DNA of 64,000 nucleotides from an uncultured Verrucomicrobiales bacterium (GTDB lineage: Bacteria > Verrucomicrobiota > Verrucomicrobiia > Verrucomicrobiales > Akkermansiaceae): positions 733-64,732 of the forward strand of contig CALBJX010000062.1 in assembly GCA_937893015.1 (NCBI GenBank), written 5' to 3'. A program made the translations under genes and the position numbers. Positions 39,049 to 48,924 of the stretch are shown here, in pieces (position 1 is the first letter of the stretch; every line of letters starts with the position of its first letter). A model generated the notes under the pieces. It was not told the origin of the DNA, searched no databases, and saw only the letters and a program-made list of their open reading frames with translations.

Positions 39049-40500
39049 TCAACCGCCGAAACCGAGTTTGAGGACGGGCGTATTCTCCACGGCCTGTTCC
39101 CATGCGGCGGCGGGGATGCGGAAGAGCATGCGGGCATCGGGCTCCTCCTCGCCGGGAAGTTCGACGCGCTCCGTGGTGACGCGGCAGTCGGGCTGGCCGA
39201 GGATTTCGGGTTCCACTTCATCCAGCTCGTGCGCAGGGATGCTCAGGGTGTAGTACTCGCCCTCGGGCTTCTGCTGCGGGAGGTAGATGTAGAGGTCCTC
39301 CTGCACGGCGACTATGCGGACACCCTCGGGCAGCGTGACGCCCGTGGCGGGCCGCGCTCCATAGATGGCCTCACCATTCACCTGCATCCAGTCGCCGAGT
39401 CGGCGGAAGACCGCGACTACGGGCTCGGGCACGGAGCCGTCGCCGCGCGGGTTGATGTTGAGCAGCAGGTTGCCTCCCTTGGCCACGCATTCCTCCAGCG
39501 TGGCAATGATGGCGGCGGGGGATTTGTAATCCTTGTCGTAGCGGTTGTAGCCCCAGTTGCGCCCCACGGTCATGCAGCTCTCCCACGCCTGCTCACCCAG
39601 GCCTTCCTCGGGCACGCGCTGCTCAGGGGTGATGAAGTCGCCGCAGTCCTTTTTGGCCGCCGCTGCGGCATCTGCCGCTTGGTCCGCCGTGGTGCCCGAG
39701 TAGGCAAAGAGGCGGTTGTTCATGATGATGCCCGGCTGGTGTGCGCGGCAGGCGGCCATGAGCTCCGTCGCCTTCCACGCGCGGTCGCCCTGCATCTCGC
39801 CGCCGGAGTAGTCCCACCACAGGATGTCCACCTTGCCGTACTTGGTCGTCAGCTCCTCCGCCTGCTTGTGGAGGTAGGCAATGTAGGCCTCTTGGTCGCG
39901 GGGGATGTTGTTGAGCTCCAGCTCCTCTTTCTGGTAACGGGGGTAGGGCAGGTCGGAGGGGATGGTGTAGTCGTAGTGCGGGTGGTGCCAATCGATGACG
40001 CTGTGGTAGAAGCCCACGTGGAGCCCCTCCGCGCGGCAGGCATCGGCAAATTCACGGCAGAGGTCGCGCCCCAGCAGGGCCTGCGAGCTGTACTGCGAGG
40101 TTTCCGTGTCAAAGAGGGCAAAACCGTCGTGGTGCTTGGAGGTGAGCACGGCGTAGCGGCAGCCCGCAGCCTTGGCGAGCGCGGCCCACTGCGTCATGCA
40201 GTCCTCGGCGGGGTGAAAGAGCGGCAGGGCCTCCGAGGCGTAGAAGGAGGAGGAAATCTGCAGATTGTTCTGCGTCCATTCTGCCCCGCAGGGCTTCCCT
40301 TGGAACTCGCCGCCCAAGCCCGAGTACAGGCCGAAGTGGATGAACATGCCAAGGTGCGCCTCCTTCCACCACGCCATGTGGTCGGCGGCGGGGGGCGTCA
40401 TCGTGTCGGTGACGGCGAAATCATCCTCGCTCGGGGCGGCATTCAGCGGCGCACACACCGACGCCGCCACACACAGGCTCAGGAAAAGAGTTTTCAGCAT
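39049..40500 (-). CDS. Exported alpha-L-fucosidase, GH29
   Basis: WW.EA.LGMFIHFGLYS, LTSKHHDGFALF, YHSVIDWHHP, LWWD, NNR, WESCMT...WGY and KGGNLLLNI.P motifs. Confidence 0.92.
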   Translation of the reverse strand: MLKTLFLSLCVAASVCAPLNAAPSEDDFAVTDTMTPPAADHMAWWKEAHLGMFIHFGLYSGLGGEFQGKPCGAEWTQNNLQISSSFYASEALPLFHPAEDCMTQWAALAKAAGCRYAVLTSKHHDGFALFDTETSQYSSQALLGRDLCREFADACRAEGLHVGFYHSVIDWHHPHYDYTIPSDLPYPRYQKEELELNNIPRDQEAYIAYLHKQAEELTTKYGKVDILWWDYSGGEMQGDRAWKATELMAACRAHQPGIIMNNRLFAYSGTTADQAADAAAAAKKDCGDFITPEQRVPEEGLGEQAWESCMTVGRNWGYNRYDKDYKSPAAIIATLEECVAKGGNLLLNINPRGDGSVPEPVVAVFRRLGDWMQVNGEAIYGARPATGVTLPEGVRIVAVQEDLYIYLPQQKPEGEYYTLSIPAHELDEVEPEILGQPDCRVTTERVELPGEEEPDARMLFRIPAAAWEQAVENTPVLKLGFGG

Positions 40501-40506
40501 GCTCCC

Positions 40507-40535
40507 ATGCTATCAGAAAGCGCGGCTGTTGGCAA
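40507..40535 (-). promoter_or_regulatory. Promoter of the fucosidase/IdeS-like unit, 6 nt before ATG
   Basis: Minus strand TTGCCA-17-TAGCAT. Confidence 0.6.
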
Positions 40536-40633
40536 TAGGTAAGTGCAAACGATGCCGCAATGACAGATTTGTCGTAAATAAGACGAAATCTCGCCCCGCT
40601 GATTGAAAAAACGTTATTCCGGGTCATTCTACG

Positions 40634-40661
40634 TTGACATCATAAGGAAAAAATGTATAGT
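40634..40661 (+). promoter_or_regulatory. Near-consensus promoter of the second giant gene
   Basis: TTGACA-16-TATAGT, 24 nt before ATG 40686. Confidence 0.7.
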
Positions 40662-40685
40662 GGGAACAATAGATAGTCTCTTCGT

Positions 40686-43600
40686 ATGAAGCTTCACCTT
40701 CCGCTTTCTCTTCGCTCGGCTCTTCTCGCAGCACTGACCTTGTACAGCTCGGCATACGCCGGTGTCGTCGGCGACAACTACGCCGTGCAGGAATACCTGG
40801 ATATCGCTGCCAATGCGGGGCAGTACAGCGCAGGTGCGCAGAATGTGACAGTGTACAAGGCGGACGGCAGCGTGGGCGGCACGCTGGCGCTGATTCCCTC
40901 CATGAGCTCCTTCATGAACATGGGTAACGGCGGCGCGGGCTTGGTGCTGCCGCAGTATGCCATGTCGGCTTCGCACTGCAAGCTGCCGGGTTCGGGAACG
41001 GCCAACACCTTCTACTTCTCCACCGATCACGAGGTCAATTACTACGGCAACACGGGCGGTGACCGCTATGTGAATGATTCGACGACGGGTGCGTTTGTGG
41101 ATACGGAGATTTACCGCCTCTCCAAGATTGTGACGGAGGCGACCTACGCCCCCATGTGCACGGACAGAGAGCTCATGTCTCAGCTCGGGAATCTGGAGGT
41201 ATACCGCTTGGGTACCGGCAAGAGCTCCGTTGCCACGGATGCGGGCAAGATTCAGCTGAACATCAATGGTCGCCCCCACGGCGGTACCGTCAATGTTGTT
41301 TCCTCCATGGATAAGGGCGAGGATTCCTGGTTCGTGGCGGGACAATTGGTGAAGGACGCCAAAGACCCGCTGAGCATCGGTGATGACTCGGGTGACAGCG
41401 GCAGCCCCGTGTTTGTCTTCAATGAAAAGACGCGGCAGTTCGAGACTGTTGCCGCTGCCTCCACGGGCACCAATATCTCTTGGGGCAACTACTACACCTC
41501 CACTATCAACCCGACGGCGGCGCTCGCTATCGTGGCTTCCATGACGGATGCCCCCATCACCGCCGACGGCAGGGACGGCAAGGTGCTCTGGAATGTGCAG
41601 GGCGATGCCGACCACGGCACGCTGACGCAGGGCGGCAACGAGTGGCAGTACCACGGCAAGACTTCCTCCAACGCTCTGAGTGCCACCAAGGATCTCATTT
41701 TTGCGGCACCCACCGCCGATACCATTTCCGTTGAGTTGCAGGGCAACATCAACAACGGCGCGGGCTCCGTGACCTTCAAGGAGGGGCACTACAGCATCAG
41801 CTCCGCCGAGGGCGGCGACTACACGCTGAACAGCGCGGGCTTCATCACGGAGCGCGGCGCGTGGCTCACCACCGATTACACGGGCAAGACCGGCGACGAC
41901 TGGCGCAAGGTGGGCGAAGGCGTGTGGACGATTGCGGGGCAGGGCGACAACATGGTCAACCTGAACGTGGGCGGCGGTGTGGTGCGCTTTGATAACGACC
42001 TGAACATCATCCGCGAGGGTGAGGTGCGCCTGAAGCGCACGGGCGGTGTGGCCGCCGACAAGGTGACGCTCAGCGCGGGCATCGGCTCCGTTGTCATCAT
42101 GAGCGACACCAAGCAATTCAACAGCTTCGTTTTCGGCGTGGGCGGCGGTATTCTCAACATCAACGGCCACAACCAAAGCTGGGATGCCATCAGCCACATT
42201 GACAGCGGTGCCACCATTGCCAACCTGACGGCCTTGGGCGAAAGCCGCCCGCAGGATGCCACCTTCACCTACACGGGCAACGGCACCTTCAAGGGCAGCT
42301 TTGCGGATGAAGGTGCGGAGGGCGCCAAACTCTCCGTGGTGTATGATGCCGCCAATGCTTCCTCCGAATGGGTGCTCGCGGGGCAGTCTCACAACGCGGG
42401 CGGCTATGTGGTGCAGAACGGCACGCTGGCTCTTCAGGGCATCAACACGGAGCACGTGGCTGCCACGGATAGGGACGACTGGGTGTACGCCGTGCTGGAA
42501 ACGCCCTCCGTCATCGTGAAGGATGGCGCGGCCTTCCGCATGGGGCATCACGCGCTGGCGACGACGGATATCATGGTGGAGGGCAGCGGCCAGTTCATCC
42601 TGAACAGCACCGTGAACAAGGCGCAGGAATCCGTCCACGGCAGCAACCGACAGGATGTGACGGACTTCACCGCCCTGCGCGGCAATGTGGTGTTGCAGGA
42701 TGCCGCTTCTTCCATGACGGCGGACACGAGCTCCGCCGTGCAGACCACGATGCAGGGCAACATCACGGGTGCGGGCACGCTCACCAAGAGCGGCAGCGGC
42801 GACCTGTATGTGGACGGCCGCGTGAACCTCAGCGGCGGTACCATTTCTGCGGGCTCCCTTGTGGTGGGTGATAAGACGGGCTTCGGCGGCACGTGGACCA
42901 TCGGCGCGGACGGCACCTTCGGCGTGAAGGGGATGACGGGCGACATGCTTGCCCACATTGCCGCGGATTCCACGGGTGTGCTGGCTCTGGGCGCGGATTC
43001 CGCGGCGGAGCTGAACCTCAGCGGGCACAAGGGTCTCACCATCGGTGCGCTGGGTAACGTGCAGTACGGCACGGCGGATAAAACACTCACCGCGCAGGAC
43101 GGCGCATGGCGTTTGGGCGGCGGCGGCGGTAACCTCTTCGTGAACTTCAAGCTCGCAGGGGAGAACGACCTCGTTATCGGCACGGATGCTTCGGGCGGCA
43201 CGGTGACGCTCACCAACAACGCCAACACCCTCAGCGGCAACATCATCATTAACGGCTCGGGCAACTTCCTGCGCTACAACGACATCGCCGCACTCGGTTC
43301 CGCCCGCGTGGCACTGAACTACGGCAACAGCATGGTGCTGAGCGACCCGACTGTGCTCTCCATCATGTCGGCGGATTCTGCGGGTGTGATGGAACTGAAC
43401 GGCGATTCTGCCGCGGCTCTCAACCTTTCCGCCAACAAGCTGGCACTCGGTGCCGAGGGCTCGGTGCGTTACACGGGGGCTCTTTCCGCCAACAAGGATG
43501 GTGTCCACCGCTTCAGCGGCAGCGGCACGCTGGTCGTTGATACCGCGCTGTCCGGCAACGCCGTTGAGGTGGACGGGCAGGGACAGGCGGGCGGCACGAT

Positions 43601-46600
43601 TGTGCTGGCGCAGGATTACCACGGCTCTGTGACGGCGGGCGGCGGTCTGCATCTCGATACACCGAATGAGAGCGGCAGCATCCGCCTGCAGACGGAAAAC
43701 AACGCTTTGGCCAACGCCGCCGCCGTGAACCTGCAGAAGGGTGCCACTCTGGATGCCGCGGGCGGTCAGCAGACCGTGAGCAATGTCTCCGCCGAGTCGG
43801 GGGCTGTCATCACCAACAGCTCCTCCGAAACGGCGACGCTCACCCTCAACAATACGGCGAATACCGCTCTTGCCGCAGGAACTCTGCAAACCGGGGCGGG
43901 CAAGCTCAACATCGTCAAGACAGGAGCGGGCACCTTGGAGCTCGGCAATAATAACGATGCATGGCAGGGCACCTTCACTATTGATGAGGGCAAGGTGACG
44001 GGGCGCATTAACAATCAGACGTCCTCCTCGTTCGGTACGAATCCGGGGAACACCATCATCATCAATGAGGGCGGCACTCTGCGACTCTCTGCGGGTGAGA
44101 CTTACAGCAAGCGTTTGGATCTCACGCGCCTGACACAGGAAGTGGTCGGCACGGGTACGCTGGAGCTCAGCTCGGGTTCCACAGGCGTGTTCCTGCACCA
44201 GACAAAGGCCTTTGACGGCACGGTGAAGCTGGTGGACAACACCCGCATGACCATCGGCAATTTCTCGTCCAACGGCTTCGGTTACACCAACAATACGGCA
44301 CTGGCGAATGCCACGATTGTGGTGGAAGCAGGCAGTCAGGCGCGTGTGACGAATCAGGCGGACAGTGTCAGCACCGCAACAATTGACAACTACAGCGACT
44401 ACGTTATCAGCGGCAGCAGCTTTGCCGGCTCCACCTATGTCATGGAGTATATGTTCGGCCTCTTTCAGGTCCCTCAGTCCCGCCCGCAGGATAAGCTGAC
44501 AGACGGTGCGTTGAGTGTGGACTGCGGCACGGTGCTGCACGGCAATGTTACGTTGGCAACGGATTCCTCGATTGCCTCTTGGTCGGCTCTCAATTCCGGC
44601 ACCATTGACTACGGCAAGGTCGGTTATGTGGGCGGCTCCATTCTCGGCACCATCAGCGGTGAGGGCAAGACGCTCACCAAGGCGGGTAACGAGCGCATCT
44701 CCCTGCGTGCGGATGCCGCCAACACCTTCGGCGACTTCATCATCGGCGGCAGCAGCGGTTCGGAAGGTGTAGCCGTGCGTCTGGAACAGGGCGCGGCGGT
44801 CGATACGCACTCCACCGCGCTCGGCAAGGGCAAGGTGACGCTGGACAACGGGCTGACGCTGGAATTTGCCAACGCGGGCACCGCGGGCAACAGCGTCACC
44901 TACACCTACGACAACGCCATCAGCGCGGGCAACAATGCCACCCTGCGGAGCACGCATGACAACACCGTGCTGAACGGCAGCGTGGCCATGACGGGCGATA
45001 CCCTCAACCTCGCCACGCAGAACGGCAGCACGCTGCGTTTGGAACAGGGCGTGCGCGGCAACGGCACCCTTTCTATCGCGGATGGCTCAAATGTGGCTCT
45101 CGGCGGCACCACGGCAGGGCAGTTCCGAGGTTCTATCGCAGCGGGTGCGGGCAGCACAGTGACGCTGCTCAGCAGCAACGCAGCGGGCAATGGTGTGAGC
45201 ATGAGCTTCACCGACTCCCTGAACCTGCACCTTGCCGACGGCGGCAATTTCCGCTTGGATTCCCTGACGGGCAGCGGCGAAGCCACCACGCTGAACCTGA
45301 CTTACGATGCCATCGGCGCGAACGGTCTCGGCCACCTGAATGTCGGCTCGCTGACGGCGAACAGCGCCTCCGTGGCACTGGATTTCACCCATGCTTCGGG
45401 CATCACCGCCGGCACCTACACCCTGCTCTCGGGCATCGGCAGCGATTTTGCCGTCGCCACGAGCGGTGACACAGGGGTGGATTACATGAGCACGGCCTTC
45501 AGCCGCGGTTCCGATGGTTCCGTACAGGTCACTCTCTCCGTCAAGGACGGCAATGGTATCTGGCACGGCACGGATGGTGCTCACAACTGGAATACGGGCT
45601 ACTTCGGTTCCGATACGACCGCGGTCTTTAACGACACCGCCGCCAACCGCGATGTGCGCGTGACGAATAACGTCAGCATCGATCATGCTCTCATTCACAC
45701 GCAGGAGGGCTACACCTTCACGGCGCAGGGCGGCAAGGCCGCCATCGGCACGCTGACGCAGATTGCCGACGGCACCACCGTGCTGAACGCCGGTGCTGCG
45801 GAGGTGCAGCATGCCGTGGTGGACGGCGGACGTCTGGTGGTGAAGGATAGCACGACCCTGACAGGCTCCGTGAGCGGCAGCGGCACGCTGGTGGCGGACT
45901 TCGGCGCGGGCAGCGGCACGATTACTGCTGATATGACCGGGCTGAACACGCTGGAAGTGCAGAGCGGCCGCTATGAAAGCACAGGCAGCGTCGGTGCGAA
46001 TTCTCTCGTTGTCAAGGACGGCGGCCAGTACTACGCCAACGTCGGCACCCACGCCACCGCCATGCAGGTGGAAGGCACGGGCCGCACGGATGACAAGGCT
46101 GCCCTGCAACTGAACAACGGTGCCAACGTGAGCGGCAGCGTGACCGCCGTGGCGGATGCCGCCATCGGCGTGGGCAGCAATGCCACGGGTACGATTTCGG
46201 GCAATCTGAATGCCGCCGCCGATACCACCGTCACCAAGACGGGCGCAGGCACGTTGATGCTCAATGCCAACAACAGCTCCACGCTGAACGGCAAGCTGGT
46301 GATTGCAGACGGCACGGTGAAAATCGGCGATGCTTTGGCTCTCGGCTCCACCGCGGTGGCAGGGCGCGTGGTGATTGCAGAGGGCGGCACGCTGGACATC
46401 AACGGCTGGGGCGGTGCCTTCAACAATTACCATGTGGAGATGAACGGCGGCACGCTCACCAACACGGGCGATACCGTTGACACGGGCAAGCGACAGGTCG
46501 TCAGCAGCATGACGCTCACGGCGGATTCCACCGTCACCAATGCCTCCGGGCACGACTTCGGTCTCATCGGCAGCGGCTACGCTGCCACCGCCCTCAACCT

Positions 46601-48455
46601 GCAGGGTCATGTGCTGGAAAAGACGGGTGCGGGTACCTATTACCTTGTGAAGACCACCATCACGAGCGGTGACGGCGGCAAGCTGAAGGTTTCCGAAGGT
46701 ACCCTGAGCTTCAACCCCGTGAGTGACGGCGGCTCTCTGCAGGCGGATATCGAGATGGCGGGCGGTGCCTTGAGCGGCTCGGTCAACCTCGGTGATGATG
46801 TGACGCTGGCTGTCACCAAGGCTTCCACCTTGGGTGTCAACGTGCAGACCAACGGCCATGCGCTCACCTTCGATACGGCGGTGGCGACTTCCTACGCCAA
46901 CACCATCAGCGGCAACGGCGCGCTGGTCAAGACGGGTGCGGCGGAACTCACCTTCGCGGAAGCCGCCGTCATCAGCGGCAACGACCTCTCCGTGCAGCAG
47001 GGAACCGTCACCATCAAGCGCAACGCAACGGATGGCAAGAGCTTCGGCACCGTGCAGCTGGCCAACGGCACAACCCTGAAGCAGTTCAACACCGAGCAGC
47101 CGACCTCGTTCAGCGAGGTGGATACCCTGGCGGTGGCCGGCTCTGCCACCTTGCAGGAGGACAACCACGCCGGTGCATGGAAGGTCAAATCTCTGCAGCT
47201 GGCGGAAGGCACGACAAGCGCGACGCTGAATCTGACGAGTTCGTCCTCTTCTTCCGTGGCATCGGTGTTTGAGCTGGGTGATGAAGAAACCGACGGCGGT
47301 AACTTTGCCGGGAATATTGTGCTGAAGAGCACGGATGGCAGCTACGCCCGCTCGGCTGTGCTGCAAATCAGCAACGGCGAGATTGCCGACCACGCTGTTA
47401 TCAACATGGCTTCGACAGGGGCGAACAATGCCAATCAGGCTCTCGGTCTCGGCATCAACGCCGAACGCGTGACGATTGCCGGCTTGGAGAGCGGCAACGA
47501 CCTCGGGAACCGCGCCAAGGTGTTCTCCGGCAGCGTTTCCCCCAACACGAACGCTCCCTCCTACACGGGCGATGACACCATCCGCACACTGGCTATCGAT
47601 ACGGCGGCGGGTACGGATGCTCATTTCCGCGGCATGGTGGGCAAGAACCTCCATATCGAGAAATCGGGCGAGGGCAAGCAGACTCTTTCCGGGGCTTCCT
47701 CCGCTTTCAACGGCACCATCAGCGTGGCGGGCGGTACGCTGCTCCTGAAAGATGCCGCCCTGGAGATGCTCAACGGCGGCGCCGATGTGGAGCTTCGCGG
47801 CGGTGTGTTGAGCCTCAACGATTCTCTGACGCTCTCCGCAACGGGTGGGAAGGCCGCTCTCCTGCAGGGCGGCAGTGTGCGGACCTCCTTAGAGCAGGGC
47901 GCTCTCTCCGCCGGGATTTCCGGCATCAAACTGAACCACGCGAAGATGGACATCGCGGCAGGTGCCTCGCTGGTGCTGGAAGATGTGCTGTTTGCCTCCT
48001 CGTCTCAGCTCTCGGGTAAGGGTAACAGAGTGGAAGCGAACCGCGTGACCTTTGTGGCTGATGCGGGCGGCAACGCTGTGCTGATGCCCGCGCCGCAGCC
48101 CATGGCCGCGCGTGCTTTCGCCGCTCTGCCGCAGCCTGTGGCGGGCATGCTGATGCTCACCAACATTACCGATATCACGTTGGGCGGCTCGGACATCATC
48201 GTGGACCTCAACTCGTTCAGCACAGAGGAACTGCAGCAGTACGACTCCCTTGCCATTGCTCTGGGTGATGGCGCGGACTTCGCGGCCGATGCCCATGTGC
48301 TTGTGACCTATGCGGGTAACACGGCGATGGCCGATTCCCGCGACGGCGTGGCTTATCTGAGCAAGCTCAGCTCCGTCATGACGCCCGAACCTGCTACCGC
48401 AACGCTCTCTCTGCTGGCCTTGGCGGCGCTTGCCATGCGACGCAAGCGCCGCTAA
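40686..48455 (+). CDS. Giant (2589 aa) surface protein: signal peptide, S6/IgA1-protease-like serine protease, passenger-type repeats, PEP-CTERM tail
   Basis: MKLHLPLSLRSALLAAL leader; YLD.AAN.GQY..GA.NV.VY; SASH (H97), DTEIYRLSKIVTE (D139), GDSGSP (S238); KDLIF, GAGSVTF, WRKVGEG; ends TPEPATATLSLLALAALAMRRKRR. Confidence 0.92.
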   Translation: MKLHLPLSLRSALLAALTLYSSAYAGVVGDNYAVQEYLDIAANAGQYSAGAQNVTVYKADGSVGGTLALIPSMSSFMNMGNGGAGLVLPQYAMSASHCKLPGSGTANTFYFSTDHEVNYYGNTGGDRYVNDSTTGAFVDTEIYRLSKIVTEATYAPMCTDRELMSQLGNLEVYRLGTGKSSVATDAGKIQLNINGRPHGGTVNVVSSMDKGEDSWFVAGQLVKDAKDPLSIGDDSGDSGSPVFVFNEKTRQFETVAAASTGTNISWGNYYTSTINPTAALAIVASMTDAPITADGRDGKVLWNVQGDADHGTLTQGGNEWQYHGKTSSNALSATKDLIFAAPTADTISVELQGNINNGAGSVTFKEGHYSISSAEGGDYTLNSAGFITERGAWLTTDYTGKTGDDWRKVGEGVWTIAGQGDNMVNLNVGGGVVRFDNDLNIIREGEVRLKRTGGVAADKVTLSAGIGSVVIMSDTKQFNSFVFGVGGGILNINGHNQSWDAISHIDSGATIANLTALGESRPQDATFTYTGNGTFKGSFADEGAEGAKLSVVYDAANASSEWVLAGQSHNAGGYVVQNGTLALQGINTEHVAATDRDDWVYAVLETPSVIVKDGAAFRMGHHALATTDIMVEGSGQFILNSTVNKAQESVHGSNRQDVTDFTALRGNVVLQDAASSMTADTSSAVQTTMQGNITGAGTLTKSGSGDLYVDGRVNLSGGTISAGSLVVGDKTGFGGTWTIGADGTFGVKGMTGDMLAHIAADSTGVLALGADSAAELNLSGHKGLTIGALGNVQYGTADKTLTAQDGAWRLGGGGGNLFVNFKLAGENDLVIGTDASGGTVTLTNNANTLSGNIIINGSGNFLRYNDIAALGSARVALNYGNSMVLSDPTVLSIMSADSAGVMELNGDSAAALNLSANKLALGAEGSVRYTGALSANKDGVHRFSGSGTLVVDTALSGNAVEVDGQGQAGGTIVLAQDYHGSVTAGGGLHLDTPNESGSIRLQTENNALANAAAVNLQKGATLDAAGGQQTVSNVSAESGAVITNSSSETATLTLNNTANTALAAGTLQTGAGKLNIVKTGAGTLELGNNNDAWQGTFTIDEGKVTGRINNQTSSSFGTNPGNTIIINEGGTLRLSAGETYSKRLDLTRLTQEVVGTGTLELSSGSTGVFLHQTKAFDGTVKLVDNTRMTIGNFSSNGFGYTNNTALANATIVVEAGSQARVTNQADSVSTATIDNYSDYVISGSSFAGSTYVMEYMFGLFQVPQSRPQDKLTDGALSVDCGTVLHGNVTLATDSSIASWSALNSGTIDYGKVGYVGGSILGTISGEGKTLTKAGNERISLRADAANTFGDFIIGGSSGSEGVAVRLEQGAAVDTHSTALGKGKVTLDNGLTLEFANAGTAGNSVTYTYDNAISAGNNATLRSTHDNTVLNGSVAMTGDTLNLATQNGSTLRLEQGVRGNGTLSIADGSNVALGGTTAGQFRGSIAAGAGSTVTLLSSNAAGNGVSMSFTDSLNLHLADGGNFRLDSLTGSGEATTLNLTYDAIGANGLGHLNVGSLTANSASVALDFTHASGITAGTYTLLSGIGSDFAVATSGDTGVDYMSTAFSRGSDGSVQVTLSVKDGNGIWHGTDGAHNWNTGYFGSDTTAVFNDTAANRDVRVTNNVSIDHALIHTQEGYTFTAQGGKAAIGTLTQIADGTTVLNAGAAEVQHAVVDGGRLVVKDSTTLTGSVSGSGTLVADFGAGSGTITADMTGLNTLEVQSGRYESTGSVGANSLVVKDGGQYYANVGTHATAMQVEGTGRTDDKAALQLNNGANVSGSVTAVADAAIGVGSNATGTISGNLNAAADTTVTKTGAGTLMLNANNSSTLNGKLVIADGTVKIGDALALGSTAVAGRVVIAEGGTLDINGWGGAFNNYHVEMNGGTLTNTGDTVDTGKRQVVSSMTLTADSTVTNASGHDFGLIGSGYAATALNLQGHVLEKTGAGTYYLVKTTITSGDGGKLKVSEGTLSFNPVSDGGSLQADIEMAGGALSGSVNLGDDVTLAVTKASTLGVNVQTNGHALTFDTAVATSYANTISGNGALVKTGAAELTFAEAAVISGNDLSVQQGTVTIKRNATDGKSFGTVQLANGTTLKQFNTEQPTSFSEVDTLAVAGSATLQEDNHAGAWKVKSLQLAEGTTSATLNLTSSSSSSVASVFELGDEETDGGNFAGNIVLKSTDGSYARSAVLQISNGEIADHAVINMASTGANNANQALGLGINAERVTIAGLESGNDLGNRAKVFSGSVSPNTNAPSYTGDDTIRTLAIDTAAGTDAHFRGMVGKNLHIEKSGEGKQTLSGASSAFNGTISVAGGTLLLKDAALEMLNGGADVELRGGVLSLNDSLTLSATGGKAALLQGGSVRTSLEQGALSAGISGIKLNHAKMDIAAGASLVLEDVLFASSSQLSGKGNRVEANRVTFVADAGGNAVLMPAPQPMAARAFAALPQPVAGMLMLTNITDITLGGSDIIVDLNSFSTEELQQYDSLAIALGDGADFAADAHVLVTYAGNTAMADSRDGVAYLSKLSSVMTPEPATATLSLLALAALAMRRKRR

Positions 48456-48464
48456 CGGCATGCC

Positions 48465-48827
48465 TTACATCAATGCTTCGCGGTTCACGAAAAAGACCGC
48501 GGCGAGCACGCAGAGGAAGGCCCAGAGGTAGTCCCATTTCCACTGGTCGCCCACAAAAAAGACCATGAAGGGCACGAAGATGCAGAGCGTGATGGCTTCC
48601 TGCATGATTTTGAGCTGCGCGAGCGAGAGCCCCGCGGAACGCCCGATGTGGTTGGCGGGTACCATGAAGCAGTACTCAAAGAAGGCGACGCCCCAGCTCA
48701 GCAGCACGAGCTTCCACCAAGCATCGCCGATGCCCTCGCCGGGCTTGCGCAGAAAGCCGTACCACGCGTAGGTCATAAAGAAGTTGCTCACCACCAACAG
48801 CAGCCCTGTGAGGAGAATTTTCAGCAT
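48465..48827 (-). CDS. Small 4-TM DMT-superfamily membrane protein
   Basis: SNFFMTYAWYG, SWGVAFFEYC.MVPAN.IG and QLKIMQE.ITL motifs; promoter TTGACA-17-TATGAT lies 6 nt upstream. Confidence 0.85.
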   Translation of the reverse strand: MLKILLTGLLLVVSNFFMTYAWYGFLRKPGEGIGDAWWKLVLLSWGVAFFEYCFMVPANHIGRSAGLSLAQLKIMQEAITLCIFVPFMVFFVGDQWKWDYLWAFLCVLAAVFFVNREALM

Positions 48828-48924
48828 GCGCCTATCATATATCCGTTATTTGCCGCTGTCAATGCGCGGAATGACAGCATTTTGAGCTTGAATGCACGGC
48901 TCATTGGGGTACAATAGCCGCGTT

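Noticed and set aside
47750..48455. C-termini of the giant proteins as autotransporter beta-barrels
   Set aside because: They end in a PEP + TM + poly-Arg tail rather than an amphipathic strand with terminal Phe/Trp, and show no barrel periodicity by eye.
48828..48924. T-box or attenuator upstream of serS
   Set aside because: The 97-bp gap is occupied by two divergent promoters placed 6-9 nt from their start codons, leaving no leader.
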